From: Candidatus Magasanikbacteria bacterium CG_4_10_14_0_2_um_filter_37_12 | GTDB lineage: Bacteria; Patescibacteriota; Patescibacteriia; Magasanikbacterales; UBA922 | NCBI GenBank assembly: GCA_002793015.1 | Contig: PFPK01000022.1 | Span: 1-38,349, forward strand | DNA: 38,349 nucleotides | Reading direction: 5' to 3' | Shown: positions 37,638-38,349 of the stretch, one piece after another | How positions within the stretch are numbered: the first letter of the stretch is position 1 | Layout of the letters: each line of letters opens with the position of its first letter | Notes under the pieces: generated by a model | What the model was told of the DNA's origin: nothing | Databases searched by the model: none | What the model saw: only the letters and a program-made list of their open reading frames with translations | Made by a program: the position numbers and the translations under genes

Positions 37638-38349
37638 CTAAAGTCCCCATTCTTTCTTCAGTATTTCCAAACCATCTTCTATAGTAACTGTTGGCTCCCA
37701 TCCGAGGAGTTTTTTTGCTTTGGTATTGTCTGCCTCTACAAACCTCATCTCACCTTTTCTTTCTGGAATATATTCAACATCTCTACCAATTAGCTCAGCA
37801 ATTTTATTGACACTGGTCTGTTGGCCAAAACCAATGTTGATAGTTTCTCCGTGTGACACATCTGATTGCCAGGCAATTATATTTGCTTCAACCACGTCAG
37901 AAACATAGACATAATCACGGGTCTGTTCTCCATCCCCTACCACAGTTAATTTTTTGTTTTCTTTCTTCTGTTGCAAAAAAATTGGAATAACCATAGGGTA
38001 TCCTCCGTTAACAGTCTTTCTAGGACCGAAAACATTGAAGTAACGTAGTGACACCGTCTCTAGCCCAAATAGATCAACATATAGCATCATATACTGTTCT
38101 CCAATGCGTTTGTGGAGTCCGTATGGGCTCTTTGGTCTGATACTATGTGTTTCGGCAATAGGTAGCTCTCCTTGGTCTTCATACACTGCTCCTGTAGAGC
38201 TAAAGACAATCTTTTTTACTCCTGACAATCTAGCGGCTTCCAAGATATTTAACGTACCAGACACATTGATCTCATGGGTAGATACAGGGTCTTCAATAGA
38301 AATTAGCAAACGAGGGTCAGCGGCCAAATGAAAAATCACATTCACACCT
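37638..38349 (-). CDS. NAD-dependent epimerase/dehydratase (5' end outside window)
   Basis: FHLAA, SST.AVY, SPYGLHK (YxxxK), LRYFNVFGPR and GDGEQTRDYVYV motifs. Confidence 0.92.
   Translation of the reverse strand, partial: GVNVIFHLAADPRLLISIEDPVSTHEINVSGTLNILEAARLSGVKKIVFSSTGAVYEDQGELPIAETHSIRPKSPYGLHKRIGEQYMMLYVDLFGLETVSLRYFNVFGPRKTVNGGYPMVIPIFLQQKKENKKLTVVGDGEQTRDYVYVSDVVEANIIAWQSDVSHGETINIGFGQQTSVNKIAELIGRDVEYIPERKGEMRFVEADNTKAKKLLGWEPTVTIEDGLEILKKEWGL

Overview
Low-GC, gene-dense bacterial chromosome segment read with the standard genetic code; almost all genes are on the minus strand. The gene content (LLGAGC-type lipoprotein, DUF4012, DUF2304, alpha2-type GlyRS, PilT, CPR-style surface proteins) suggests Patescibacteria/CPR, possibly a Magasanikbacteria-like lineage; this is inference only. 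Housekeeping genes: glyQS, csp, dtd, frr, holB, mreB, acyP, tsaB, rplJ-rplL, tRNA-Glu(CTC), a class B PBP and pilT. There is also a partial riboflavin operon (ribBA, ribD) and a glycosylation/surface cluster (GT2, GT4, two NAD-sugar enzymes, a sugar transferase, an S8 protease). The most notable signals: (1) a complete glycine T-box with an ultrashort Stem I (GGC specifier in the apical loop) coupled to an intrinsic terminator; (2) at least seven hairpin elements built from degenerate 7-9-nt tandem repeats that occupy gene junctions, one of which encloses a cargo gene while a sister copy is empty; (3) a perfect (TCGGACT)x4 tract inside a glycosyltransferase; (4) a RibBA with a degenerate RibB domain and no ribE/ribH nearby; (5) two genes interrupted by single in-frame stops; (6) several unassigned structured leaders (csp, pilT, 9996-10077). 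No CRISPR, rRNA, integrase or transposase was seen.
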